64,000 nucleotides of DNA from Leptolyngbyaceae cyanobacterium (lineage in GTDB: Bacteria > Cyanobacteriota > Cyanobacteriia > Phormidesmidales > Phormidesmidaceae), in assembly GCA_965263355.1 (NCBI GenBank), contig CBDHHL010000032.1:1344001-1408000 (forward strand), read 5' to 3'. This document shows, one piece after another, positions 43,820 to 53,504 of the stretch. Numbering within the stretch: the stretch's first letter is position 1; each line of letters opens with the position of its first letter. The notes below the pieces were generated by a model that saw only the letters and a program-made list of their open reading frames with translations, had not been told where the DNA came from and made no database searches. A program made the translations under genes and the position numbers.

Positions 43820-44216
43820 AGACACAGCCTTGTAGGTTGGTTAGCTGACGCTACATCTAGCGTGAACAGATGCACTATAGCTTAGAAGAATTGAAATTTC
43901 AAAAAAAAGTGTCAAGTTCAGTTACAAAGACCCATAGACCAGTTTGAAAACAGCCCAAAAATGTCTGCTGAACAAATGTTCTAGAGGCACTAGAGTTTAG
44001 AGCATCAATTTTTTTTGAGCAATAAAAAAGGAGACGCAATTCAGGCATGGCCGAATCCATTACCCGCTTTACGCCCCCTTATACCTCAATAGTTCGATAA
44101 CTATTGAATTTTCAAGCTAATTCGAACTAAAAATTTTACTGAATGAGTCTAGACATAAGGACTAATCATTTGGCTGAGCCTATCAAAGCCCGCTGCCCAT
44201 TAACCATTTGCCTAAC

Positions 44217-44573
44217 CTAAGCCACAGCCTCTTCTGTGGCTGCATCCTTATTAGCGGACCCTGGAAGCATGGGTTGCAGGTCTTCCAGCTCTACCCGATA
44301 GCGCTCAACATCTTCTTCTAGCTGCTGAATACGCATTTCCCGCTGTTTGACTTGAGGACTGATATTAAAATATCCCTGTACCTGCACCCATACACTAAAT
44401 ACCCAAGCAAGAACAGCCCCTATACCAAGAGCAATGATTAGCTCTACACATAGCGGCGCTTCAATATCTACCCCACTGATAATGTGAATAGTTGCGGGGT
44501 CCGTATTTTCAATGCCAAACATTACGAGGGCCAAGCAAATGACAAAGATGACGACAAAGTTAATCTGTCGCAT
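44217..44573 (-). CDS. LapA (DUF1049) family protein
   Basis: MRQINFVVIFV...ENT; two TM helices plus a coiled coil. Confidence 0.8.
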   Translation of the reverse strand: MRQINFVVIFVICLALVMFGIENTDPATIHIISGVDIEAPLCVELIIALGIGAVLAWVFSVWVQVQGYFNISPQVKQREMRIQQLEEDVERYRVELEDLQPMLPGSANKDAATEEAVA

Positions 44574-44670
44574 AACAGCAACCTCAAATCGTATTAATTG
44601 GATCAGGTATAGGCTACTACAAGACAGCCAGAATCGGGAGAAGGTTTTTATTTATTAAAAGACTGTCTCA

Positions 44671-45345
44671 TCACCGACTTAACCCATGCCGTACTCCGTA
44701 ACCACCCGCACACAGCAGCGTAATGACTACTGCACCAATGCCAATAGGACTTGGTACCCAAAACGTTGTATCAACCTTATTCACTTGTCCAGGCGTCAGG
44801 GACCACTGATTGTGTTCCCCCATGGCACCAATCTCAATACTAAGATTTAGGGTGCGCCACCGATCTAATGCTCCGCCAGCCCCGATGGCCTTATCGGCTT
44901 TGAGGGCAGTCAGATCAATATCTGCCTGTAGATGATTTAGTAGTGCCACGCCCCAGTTTTGCTGGGTAAGGTCCATATGTGCCAGCAGTGGTGGCGCTCC
45001 CGGCACCTGGGTCATAAGTCCATCTTTAGCAAAGATCTGGTTAAATTTCTCGGTTAAGTCAACACCGTTATAGAAATCAATGCGTAGCTGGAGGCTGCCA
45101 TCATCCAGGGATGTGGCTTTACCTGAAAAGCTTTTCGCTTCTTCAATAAAAATTTGCAGCCATTGCTGTCGAGCCTCGCCATTGAGGGCAACAAATTGAT
45201 TATCCAGATGTAGGGTTTGGATCAATACACCATGGGTTTGACTATCAAACTGGATGCCTAATTGATAATCAATACATCCTGTCAACCCAAGGGCAAGGAC
45301 TGTCAGCACGATTAGCCGAATGATCAGGCGTTTCAACTTAGCCAC
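44671..45345 (-). CDS. DUF3153-like lipoprotein
   Basis: Lipobox LTGC; WSLTPGQVN...WVPSPIGIG C-terminal anchor. Confidence 0.75.
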   Translation of the reverse strand: MAKLKRLIIRLIVLTVLALGLTGCIDYQLGIQFDSQTHGVLIQTLHLDNQFVALNGEARQQWLQIFIEEAKSFSGKATSLDDGSLQLRIDFYNGVDLTEKFNQIFAKDGLMTQVPGAPPLLAHMDLTQQNWGVALLNHLQADIDLTALKADKAIGAGGALDRWRTLNLSIEIGAMGEHNQWSLTPGQVNKVDTTFWVPSPIGIGAVVITLLCAGGYGVRHGLSR

Positions 45346-45839
45346 CAAAGCCCCCCTAATATAATTGCACTGCCAATCAGGGCAAACCAAACAAAGCCAT
45401 TATCTTCGGTGTTGACTTCGCTTAATGGTAAGGGTGGGGGTGGGGGCTTGAGGCGACGGGGCTTGGTCGGTGGGGGTTGCCAGGGCTTTTCGTCGCTATC
45501 GTCTAACGTGGCCAAATCTGGAATTTTAGTGAGCCATTCTTCCTTAGCCTGCAGTTTAGGAGCCTGGATAATATAAAGCAGTTGTTTGCTTTGTTTTCTA
45601 ACGTCTAAATTTGGATGAAGGGCCAGTTTGCCACATAGTTCGATGGCTTCCTGACGACGATCGGTTGCAGCGAGCGCATTGACCAACCAAAGCTTTAATT
45701 CACCGTCTAAGGAAATATCGGGCTTTTCGGCAATGCCCTGCTCAAAGGCTTGGACGGCATCTGCGTACCGACCCCGCTCAAAGGCCTGTTGCCCCAGTTG
45801 ATAGGCGGCTTGGGCACGCTGATTGGCTACATCTGGCAT
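45333..45839 (-). CDS. TPR-containing membrane-anchored protein
   Basis: GQQAFERGRY; LLYIIQAPKL...EWLTKIPDL; C-terminal TM. Confidence 0.8.
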   Translation of the reverse strand: MPDVANQRAQAAYQLGQQAFERGRYADAVQAFEQGIAEKPDISLDGELKLWLVNALAATDRRQEAIELCGKLALHPNLDVRKQSKQLLYIIQAPKLQAKEEWLTKIPDLATLDDSDEKPWQPPPTKPRRLKPPPPPLPLSEVNTEDNGFVWFALIGSAIILGGLWWLS

Positions 45840-45889
45840 TGCGGCTAGTCTCTGGTCTAATATCCTGCTGCTCAGATATTTTACGGTGT

Positions 45890-45917
45890 GTCGGGGTGTT
45901 GCATGCAATGCCTCGAT
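45890..45917. repeat. REP-like palindrome
   Basis: GTCGGGGTGTTGCATGCAATGCCTCGAT. Confidence 0.65.
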
Positions 45918-46008
45918 ACTAAAAAAACGGGGTTTTAGGTGTTAAGGAGCATAGTAGTAAAAAATAGTATTTCGTATAAGTAGAGAAAGACTTAGGGATC
46001 TATGGGAT

Positions 46009-46239
46009 CTATCTCAAAATCATCAAATAGTTGAACATCATAAATTTGTCGCTAAGACGGTCAATAAACTGTGCTAACACCAGTCCAGGGTCTGCCCCAT
46101 TCGTTTGGCGGATATACTCATCCAGGCGTTTATCAAACCAAATAAACGCTTTACGCAAGCGGTGTTCTGAGGCTCGAAACCCTCGTTGGGGAAGTTTATC
46201 TACTAGCGGCACTAGATAGGTTTGATAATAGCCATCGTT
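46009..46239 (-). pseudogene. Internal fragment resembling a DUF262/GmrSD-type restriction protein
   Basis: NDGYYQTYLVPLVDKLPQRGFRASEHRLRKAFIWFDKR...DRLSDKF resembles the DUF262 region that precedes the FETLNARG motif (recalled, not searched). Confidence 0.5.
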
Positions 46240-46712
46240 CCTTCGCCATTGGTAACAATGCCGTAACTATCGATATCTCGACCGATCTGATGGTTATTCC
46301 ACTGACAGGCCGCCATTTCTACCAAACACTGGGCCGCACCCTGCTCAAAGTCATCCTTTTTCGCTTCAATTACACACACCAACGGTGCTTCTGGCCGCTC
46401 TGCAATCAAGTAATCCGCATTGCCGCACACATCTTCCCCTTCCAGGTAAGCGCCTTTCCATACTTTAAGCTGGGGAATTTCTTCTAAACCTTCTTCACAA
46501 ATCGCATCAATGAGTAGGGTTTTGGAAACCTCCATGCTTTCTAAGTCAAAACGCTGTAGTCGTTCCAAACGCTGTTGGAAAAATTCACTAATGGGTACTG
46601 GTTCGGCCTCCAACTGCCAGCGCTTTAACTCGGTAATGCCCAAGTACTTGACAGCATCCTTATAGGAAAAGCTAGAAAAGCTCTTTTTCCGATTCTGTGG
46701 GGTTGAGGTCAT
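46212..46712 (-). pseudogene. PD-(D/E)XK-like hypothetical protein, 3'-truncated
   Basis: ADYL..IEAKKDDFEQGAAQC...YGIVTNGEG, then abrupt loss of the W(K/Q)F tail seen in the 26773 paralogue. Confidence 0.6.
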
Positions 46713-46764
46713 GGGCAAGGATGCGAGCACGGCATTAAAGGACTAAGGAAATTTTAGAAAGATG

Positions 46765-47476
46765 TTATTCCAATCGCCATTGAATCGTAAACAAATGCTT
46801 CAGCTCACTTTTTTGTTCTAGCTGAACCTGCAACTTTTCGATTAGCTCATCCCGCTGGGCATCCACCTGATCTTGAGCATCAAACAAAGATCGCCGTTTC
46901 TGATTACGCTGTTTTTCCAGCTCCTTTACCTTGCGCTTCCCCGCCAGCTGCCCCGCCAGATCCAATGCCGCCGTTGCCGTACGCTTCGTCGATCACCACC
47001 AAATCCCATGGGGTGCGGGCAATGTCGGATTCTTTATTGCGGGCAAACTGGTAGGAACAAATTGCGATCGCATCCTCACCGTCAAAGGGCGATAAATTTC
47101 CTGCTTTTTTGGCAGCTCGGTAAGATTTAGTTTCTAATATTTTCCCTGGCAAGAAGAATTTTTCGCTTAGTTCTACTAGCCACTGCTTTCTCAGGTTAGA
47201 AGGGGTGAGTACTAAAATTCTGTGTTTACGCTCGGCCCATTTTTGGGAAATAACCAGACCCGCTTCAATGGTTTTACCCAATTCCACCTCATCCGCTAAC
47301 AACGCCCCTTTAGATAGCGGTGAGCGAAACGCAAACAGAGCTGCATCCACTTGATGAGGGTTGAGATCTACCTGCGCCCCAGCAAACGTACTCGCCAGCT
47401 TTTCCAACTTGTCAGTAGAGCACCGCCTGGTTAGCTCATAGGCCAAATATTGAGCATGGTAGTCAGTGAGGGGCAT
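46765..47476 (-). pseudogene. SNF2-family helicase, internally deleted (N-terminus to Walker B fused out of frame to the extreme C-terminus)
   Basis: LNPHQ; LLADEV(E)LGKT; LVVIDEA, then a jump to ...KRRSLFDAQDQVD...LFTIQWRLE. Confidence 0.85.
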
Positions 47477-47490
47477 AGGTCGAAGTTAGC

Positions 47491-47528
47491 CATCTGTAGG
47501 GGCATTGCCTGCAATGCACCTACAGATG
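47491..47528. repeat. GTAG-type REP-like palindrome downstream of chlB
   Basis: CATCTGTAGGGGCATTGCCTGCAATGCACCTACAGATG. Confidence 0.75.
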
Positions 47529-47544
47529 ATGGAGGTTGGATGAA

Positions 47545-49071
47545 TCAAGCTCCGACTGCTTCTTTAGCGGCATACATTACCTCGGCGGTAATCTCTGTAT
47601 AGCCTTGCTCGCGGGCAAATTTTTCGGTGTTGCGCTTGACTTTGCCACGGACAAAACCAGGTACCCGCTTTAATTCGGTAAGACCATCGGGAGTCCAGTT
47701 AAGGTCGGCATCGGCAGACAGGGTTTGGGTAATGGCCTCTTTGGTGTCATGACCGCCAAAGATTTCCAGCAAGTGGTCTTCCATGCCAAGGGTGAAGGAG
47801 TTGTAGATTAGGTCTACTAGCTGGTTAGCTCCTTCGTAACCGAGGAAAGGACGGTAGCCAACCGGAAAGTTTTGGACGTGGATGGGAGCGGCAATCACAC
47901 CACAGGGGATGTTGAGTCGTTTGCCTACGTGGCGCTCCATTTGGGTACCAAAGATGGCAGCAGGTTCGAGCTGGGCGATTTTATCTGCGATCGCACCATT
48001 ATCTTCACTAATCAGCACTTCATCACAGTAGCCTTCAACTTCCTGACGGAACCAGGCAGCGTCATACTTGCAGTACGTTCCCGCCAGCACCACCTTAAGT
48101 CCCATCTCCCGTGAAAGTACCTTGGTCAGGGCTGCCGCATGGGTATTGTCCCCAAAGACAACGCACCGCTTACCCGTGAGATTTTGGCAGTCAATAGAGC
48201 GAGAGAACCAGGCGGCCTGGGAAGCAAACCGAGTTTGGTCATCGATAAACTGGTCATAGTTAGCATCCACCCCCCGCTCATTCAAAAGCTTTTGGATAGC
48301 ACGGATACAACGGGCCGTTTCCACTACACCCATGGGGGTGATATCCACATAGGGCATCTCAAACTCACGCTGTAGATATTCAGCGGTCAGTAACCCAATC
48401 TCCCGATAGGGGATCAGGTTAAACCAGGCTTTGGGCAAGTTTTTGAGTTCTTCCACCGAAGCCCCTTCGGGGATCACCGCGTTGACCTGAATACCCAGGT
48501 CTGCCATCAGGCGCTTTAGCTCAGTGATGTCATGGTTGTTGTGGAAACCCAGGGTGGTAATGCCAATGATATTAACTGAGGGTTTTTCTGTTCTGCCTTC
48601 GGGTAAATTTCCCTGCTTGGCCGCTTTCTTAAGATAAAATTCAACAATCTGTTGTAGTGTGCGGTCAGCCGCCTGTAGCTCGTTAGCACGATAGTGATTA
48701 ACATCCGCTAACATCACATCACCCTGGGCATCGAGCTGAGCCCGCTCAACAAAATTAGCCAGGTCTTCTTGCAGAATGCTGGAGGTGCAGGTGGGGGTGA
48801 GAACGATCAGATCAGGGCTTTCTTCCTTATCTTTACGGGTAATATTGTCGACAACTTTCTCTTGAGACCCCCGAGCCAATACATGACGGTCAACAACGCT
48901 GGTGGTTACCGGTGTAAAATCTCGCTCACGGGAGAGCATAGAGCGCATGACATTAAAATAATCATCCCCTAGGGGGGCGTGCATAATGGCATGGACGTTT
49001 TTGAATGAGCTGGCAATACGCAATGTGCCAATGTGGGCAGGTCCTGCATACATCCAATAGGCCAGTTTCAT
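47545..49071 (-). CDS. chlB: Dark-operative protochlorophyllide reductase subunit B
   Basis: [31 protein letters not shown]-terminal PCP_red [14 protein letters not shown]. Confidence 0.98.
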   Translation of the reverse strand: MKLAYWMYAGPAHIGTLRIASSFKNVHAIMHAPLGDDYFNVMRSMLSRERDFTPVTTSVVDRHVLARGSQEKVVDNITRKDKEESPDLIVLTPTCTSSILQEDLANFVERAQLDAQGDVMLADVNHYRANELQAADRTLQQIVEFYLKKAAKQGNLPEGRTEKPSVNIIGITTLGFHNNHDITELKRLMADLGIQVNAVIPEGASVEELKNLPKAWFNLIPYREIGLLTAEYLQREFEMPYVDITPMGVVETARCIRAIQKLLNERGVDANYDQFIDDQTRFASQAAWFSRSIDCQNLTGKRCVVFGDNTHAAALTKVLSREMGLKVVLAGTYCKYDAAWFRQEVEGYCDEVLISEDNGAIADKIAQLEPAAIFGTQMERHVGKRLNIPCGVIAAPIHVQNFPVGYRPFLGYEGANQLVDLIYNSFTLGMEDHLLEIFGGHDTKEAITQTLSADADLNWTPDGLTELKRVPGFVRGKVKRNTEKFAREQGYTEITAEVMYAAKEAVGA

Positions 49072-49256
49072 AGAAAGCGCTCCGGTGAAAAGACTCTGAG
49101 GTGGACTAGGGCAATGTCCCGAGCTTCGGGAACCCGATCCTCAGAATATGGGAGTCGCCAGACAGGCACTGCCATTGCTCAATGATTCGCAACGGTTTGT
49201 AAGAATAGGTTACGGTTGGCGGAGTGGATGATTCAAATAAATTGCCGATATCCCAT

Positions 49257-49281
49257 GTAGAGGCGTTCCATAGAACGCCTC
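49257..49281. repeat. REP-like palindrome
   Basis: GTAGAGGCGTTCCATAGAACGCCTC. Confidence 0.65.
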
Positions 49282-49405
49282 AAATAGATCCATATAAAGA
49301 TTTCATGTACTTCCCAATGCCGTCCCGATTGTTCTGGAACCGTAGCATTAGCATGTGGAGTACTCCTTATCGGCGTAATAAGTAAGTATTCCTTAGGAGG
49401 CCACT

Positions 49406-50194
49406 ATGCGGTCTATTGTTAGCAGTCTAGGTGTAATGGGTGTATTGCTGGGACTGGCCATGCCCGTATCAGCCGAAGTGCTGCTACAGTCTGGTGCGAC
49501 AGAAACAAAGTTGATAACATCCGATTCGCATCGGTCGATGCGCCATCAGCTGACTGCTGAAGCAGGGCAAACGGTTGCAATTAGACTTAAGCTAGCAAAT
49601 AACAATCCTGGTATTGTCAGTCGTGTTGCTGTATATGTTGCAGGAAAGTACACGCCTCTGGTAGTTGCTAACCAGGTGAGCTATCGTACCGTTGATCCCA
49701 CCCAAAAATCACAGATCAGTCACCTTGTTGTATTAACGTTGCCTGGAGAACAGGACGGTGTTGAGAACAGCTATGAGATTGAACCTCTGTTTGATTATGA
49801 TATGGAGCCGCCATTTGCTGTGAGCAGTGATAGGTCGCTGGCTGATGTGGCTGAGCCTTCTACGGTGCGCTATCGAATGACCGTGGAGACAGCAACGGTG
49901 TCTCAGAAATTGTTGCTAGAGGCTCAAGCACAGCAGACTCAAGGAGATTATCAGGGTGCGATCGCACTCTACACCCGTGCCATTAACCTCAATCCTGACA
50001 TTGCTGACTTTTACGCCCAGCGTGGCAGTGCCTATCTGGCGTTAAGTAATGCCCCTGAATTATCGCCTACGGTTCAGCAGTCCGTGGTGACCGATTGGGA
50101 AACAGCGGTCCAGCTCTATGAGCAAGTGGGGCATAATTCAGCTGCCAATGCGTTGCGTTCTCAGCTAAATCAGTTGGCAAAGCAAGGCCAATAG
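49406..50194 (+). CDS. Secreted TPR-containing protein
   Basis: AGGAGG RBS; signal peptide; GDYQGAIALYTRAINLNP..AYAQRG-like TPR. Confidence 0.75.
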   Translation: MRSIVSSLGVMGVLLGLAMPVSAEVLLQSGATETKLITSDSHRSMRHQLTAEAGQTVAIRLKLANNNPGIVSRVAVYVAGKYTPLVVANQVSYRTVDPTQKSQISHLVVLTLPGEQDGVENSYEIEPLFDYDMEPPFAVSSDRSLADVAEPSTVRYRMTVETATVSQKLLLEAQAQQTQGDYQGAIALYTRAINLNPDIADFYAQRGSAYLALSNAPELSPTVQQSVVTDWETAVQLYEQVGHNSAANALRSQLNQLAKQGQ

Positions 50195-50428
50195 CAAGCC
50201 AATAGCAAGACCAATAGATTGTTCAATAAGACAATTTTTGTCGAGGCATCCCTTGTGGGTGCCTTGTTTTTTGTGGATGCTTTTCTAGCGCTCACCGATG
50301 TTGTGAACTATGGGGACAAAGCGATATTATTTATGGCAAGTTAAGACCCAGCTTGCCGTGGGCAGTTATACCTGCTAGCCACGCATACCTATCATCAGTA
50401 ATGCTTTCAAGAGAAAGGACATGACATC

Positions 50429-51838
50429 GTGGTTAAACAACCGACTATCAGTGCCTCGACATCTACTGCGCCCCTCACCCTCAAGACAAAGCTGGGGTAT
50501 GGCGTTGGTGAAATTAGTAAAGAGATTCCTAACAGCATTCTGGTTTTCTTTTTACTATTCTTTTTTACCGATGTTGTCGGTCTGTCACCTGGGTTAGCAG
50601 GAAGTGTGTTGCTCGTGGGTAAGGTGTGGGATGCAGCCAATGATCCCCTGGTGGGTTGGCTTAGCGATCGCACCCAATCACGATGGGGCAGGCGATTTCC
50701 CTGGATGCTATGGGGAGCAGTGCCTTTAGGGGTAAGTTTCTGGATGCTCTGGCTGATTCCTCCATTGAGTAGTCAGTGGCAACTGTTTATTTATTACACG
50801 ATTGTATTATTCCTTTTCTTTGCGGCTCTGACCGTCGTTGCGATTCCCCATTCCACGCTGGCAGCTGAACTCACCCAAACCTATGATGAGCGCACCCAGT
50901 TGGCTAGCTTTAAGTCGGCCTTTAGCATTGGCAGTAGTATTCTTGGTCTAATCATTGCCCAGATTGTTTTTGCGATGGTAGCCGATGTAGGTCAGCGCTA
51001 TGCATTGCTGGGGGCTATTTGTGGCGTAATTGTGATCGCGGCTGTATTTGGCTGTATTTGGGGGACTTACCATCGCTTTTGGCAACTTCAGGGGGTTAGG
51101 ACTGAGGCAGTTAGTTCTAACCCCATTGTTCAACAGGTACTCGACATTTTGAAATTACGTCCTTTTCTCTATCTGATGGGGGTGTATTTCTGTTCCTGGG
51201 TGGGGTTGCAAGCGACGGCGGCAATCTTGCCCTACTTTGTGATCAACTGTATGGAGTTATCGGATCAGCACTTTACTCAAATGATCCTGGCGGTTCAGGG
51301 CACAGCGTTGATCATGATGTTCTTTTGGAGTCCCATTGGCCAACGGATTGGCAAGCGAGCTGTCTATTGCTGGGGGATTCCTTTGACGATTGCAGCCCTG
51401 ATGGGGTTGTTTTTGTTAAAGCCAGGACAAACTGGCTTGATGTATGGGTTGGGTGTCCTGGCTGGCATGGGGCTTTCCACAGCCTACCTGGTACCCTGGT
51501 CGATGCTGCCTGATGTGCTTGATCTGGATGAGCTGCAGACTGGTCAACGGAGAGAAGGTATCTTTTGTGGTTTGATGATTCAGTTGCAAAAGTTTGGCAC
51601 GGCTGTGGCGGTTTTTATGGTGGGCAAAATGCTCGAAGGTGCGGGCTATATGTCTCAGGGTAATAGTGAGCTGGCGATTACTCAGCCGGAGAGTGCGTTG
51701 ATGGCGATTCGATGGATATTGGGACCGTTGCCAGCGATTGTGTTGCTGGCTGGGATCTGTTGCGCTGCCATTTATCCAATTACGCGTCAACACCATGATG
51801 AGATTTTGTTAAACCTCAAAACATCTCGGGAAAGTTAG
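50429..51838 (+). CDS. MFS transporter, GPH (MelB-like) family
   Basis: KLGYGVGE; WDAANDPLVG.LSDRT.SRWGRR.PW; ELTQTYDERT; GQRREG. Confidence 0.9.
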   Translation: MVKQPTISASTSTAPLTLKTKLGYGVGEISKEIPNSILVFFLLFFFTDVVGLSPGLAGSVLLVGKVWDAANDPLVGWLSDRTQSRWGRRFPWMLWGAVPLGVSFWMLWLIPPLSSQWQLFIYYTIVLFLFFAALTVVAIPHSTLAAELTQTYDERTQLASFKSAFSIGSSILGLIIAQIVFAMVADVGQRYALLGAICGVIVIAAVFGCIWGTYHRFWQLQGVRTEAVSSNPIVQQVLDILKLRPFLYLMGVYFCSWVGLQATAAILPYFVINCMELSDQHFTQMILAVQGTALIMMFFWSPIGQRIGKRAVYCWGIPLTIAALMGLFLLKPGQTGLMYGLGVLAGMGLSTAYLVPWSMLPDVLDLDELQTGQRREGIFCGLMIQLQKFGTAVAVFMVGKMLEGAGYMSQGNSELAITQPESALMAIRWILGPLPAIVLLAGICCAAIYPITRQHHDEILLNLKTSRES

Positions 51839-52188
51839 AGTTCTGGACAGACATAAGGTCCCTTACAATCATGGTGATATCAAGTTTGAAACAGTTTTTG
51901 ATAATGAAATGGCAAAAAAAGAAACAGGTATCCAATACAGTCAGGTGCAGCCATCCTGCCTACTGGAGAGAGATAAACCGTTTCAAAATCTACCTTAGAT
52001 CTTGCACCTGGTGATGAAGCATGGCCCACCTTGAACTAAAAGTTCCAAGGCTAATCGAATCAAAACCCACTAAAAGGGGGTAGAGGATCCCTGAAAGCTC
52101 TAAATGTAGAGCGTTTAATTCAATCTTGTCCCTTTAGTGGACAGCCCTCAATTAGCGTTGGATTTTGAATCCAACGTGGGTTTAAGGC

Positions 52189-52677
52189 TCAAAACCGACT
52201 TGGTGCAAGATCTGAGCTACCAATTAACTGGGTATGATTGCTCTGTATAAGTCTGCTAAATTTGCTTCTTGATATAAACCTTGTCCACGTCCAGAACTGG
52301 AGTTTTTCCGTAGGGAAACTACAGGTTTCAACTTGGACGTGGTTTAACGCAAGTGAACTATAGCGAGAGGTATCTTGTCTAGTTTCTGGAAGATATAGAC
52401 TTAATCCACATAACTCCTCTGAATTATTATTTCCAAGCGAAAGGCTACCAAATAGTTCCCCACCTGTCTTGTGGGATACAATAATTGATAAATTTAGGAA
52501 ATCAGAAAACTCAGCTAACTCGCTCTGACTTTGATTGCTAACGGTTGAAAGATAGCCAAGTAGCACAAGAGCATCACAATGTTGCTCACCAAAATAATAG
52601 TAAGTTGGAATGTCTGGGTGTTCAATTCCTATTAAATGGCTACTGAGAATTGTCCGCAGTAAACTTGAGAGTCTCTC
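52189..52677 (-). pseudogene. Hypothetical ORF lacking its own start, probably the distal part of the IS-interrupted gene at 53013-53126
   Basis: An open frame of about 160 codons whose track start codon lies inside the IS4 left end. Confidence 0.4.
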
Positions 52678-53012
52678 CTGCCAGGGTGACATGTCGCCTG
52701 AACACCTCTTGAATCAAGGAATTGGAGAAAATAGGAGAAAAAAGATAGGTTTCAAGGACAAACCTTTAAGAAACAATCGTTACAAGCCTACATTGCTAGA
52801 CCCGAAGCGGTTCAATCCACCCAAAAACGACATAGTGCGTTTCGAGTGGGCTTATCGGCATATCGTTGGGTTGGGATTGGGGATGTTGTTTTACATGAAT
52901 TAGCCCTTGCTTTAATGAAACTCAGTCCCAATAAGCTCCCCGAATATCAACGTAGTGAAAGAGCTATGAGGCTCGCCATTTCTGGATTATAGCCGCTATG
53001 TCGCCCTCTCAG
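52678..53012 (+). mobile_element. Internally deleted IS4-family element (mini-IS, 335 bp)
   Basis: TIRs CTGCCAGGGTGACAT / CTGAGAGGGCGACAT (12/15 identical); contains the transposase C-terminus RHSAFRVGL...LMKLSPNKLPEYQRSERAM at 52753-52992. Confidence 0.75.
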
Positions 53013-53126
53013 GGGACTGACACAACCTTTTGGCGGAATATGATCGCGCGTAAGATTAGATTCTTTACCACAAATGTTGCAATAACCAACCTTGTCACCC
53101 TTATATTTGACTTTCTTACTCATCAT
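53013..53126 (-). pseudogene. N-terminus of an HNH-type endonuclease cut by the mini-IS4
   Basis: GYCNICG....LTRDHIPPKG, i.e. CxxC...DH motif. Confidence 0.6.
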
Positions 53127-53374
53127 TATCATTCGCAAAATTTAATATTTGTGGCCATAGCCCATGATGTCTATCTAATTAAAAGTTGACCATTAAAGTG
53201 AGGCTGAAATTTTCCAGCATCTGGGCTAAATATAACCAAAAATGAGGGGAGGTATTAACTGTAAAACAAAAAAATATCTCTGTGGAAATGATAAAACTCT
53301 ATTCTTGTTTATTCGCTTTCTTTCTGCTAAAAGTCGAAAGTTCTCAATACTTGAACGCTAACCATTTATTTGAG

Positions 53375-53460
53375 CCCTAACTCGTGAAGCTGAGCGGCAG
53401 TCAATATTTTGGGACGATGCCTGATTGTAAATTTCCGTCCGCTCCTGCGTAGGGTTAGGC
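53375..53460 (-). other. Integron attC recombination site (single, no integrase in window)
   Basis: Minus strand GCCTAAC-cctac-GCAGGAGCGGACGG ... CTGCCGCTCAGC-ttcacga-GTTAGGG; 86 bp; 44 bp after the stop of the 53505-54479 ORF. Confidence 0.75.
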
Positions 53461-53504
53461 GGCAGGGATTACGGAATTTTTCCGTATAAAAATCAAAAAT
53501 TTGG

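Noticed and set aside
49199..49213. NtcA site upstream of chlB
   Set aside because: Spacing is GTA-N9-TAC, not the canonical GTA-N8-TAC.
51841..52176. Possible IS end or remnant (CACTAAAAGGGG...CCCTTTAGTG, and palindrome CGTTGGATT..AATCCAACG)
   Set aside because: No partner IR or convincing transposase homology could be identified.
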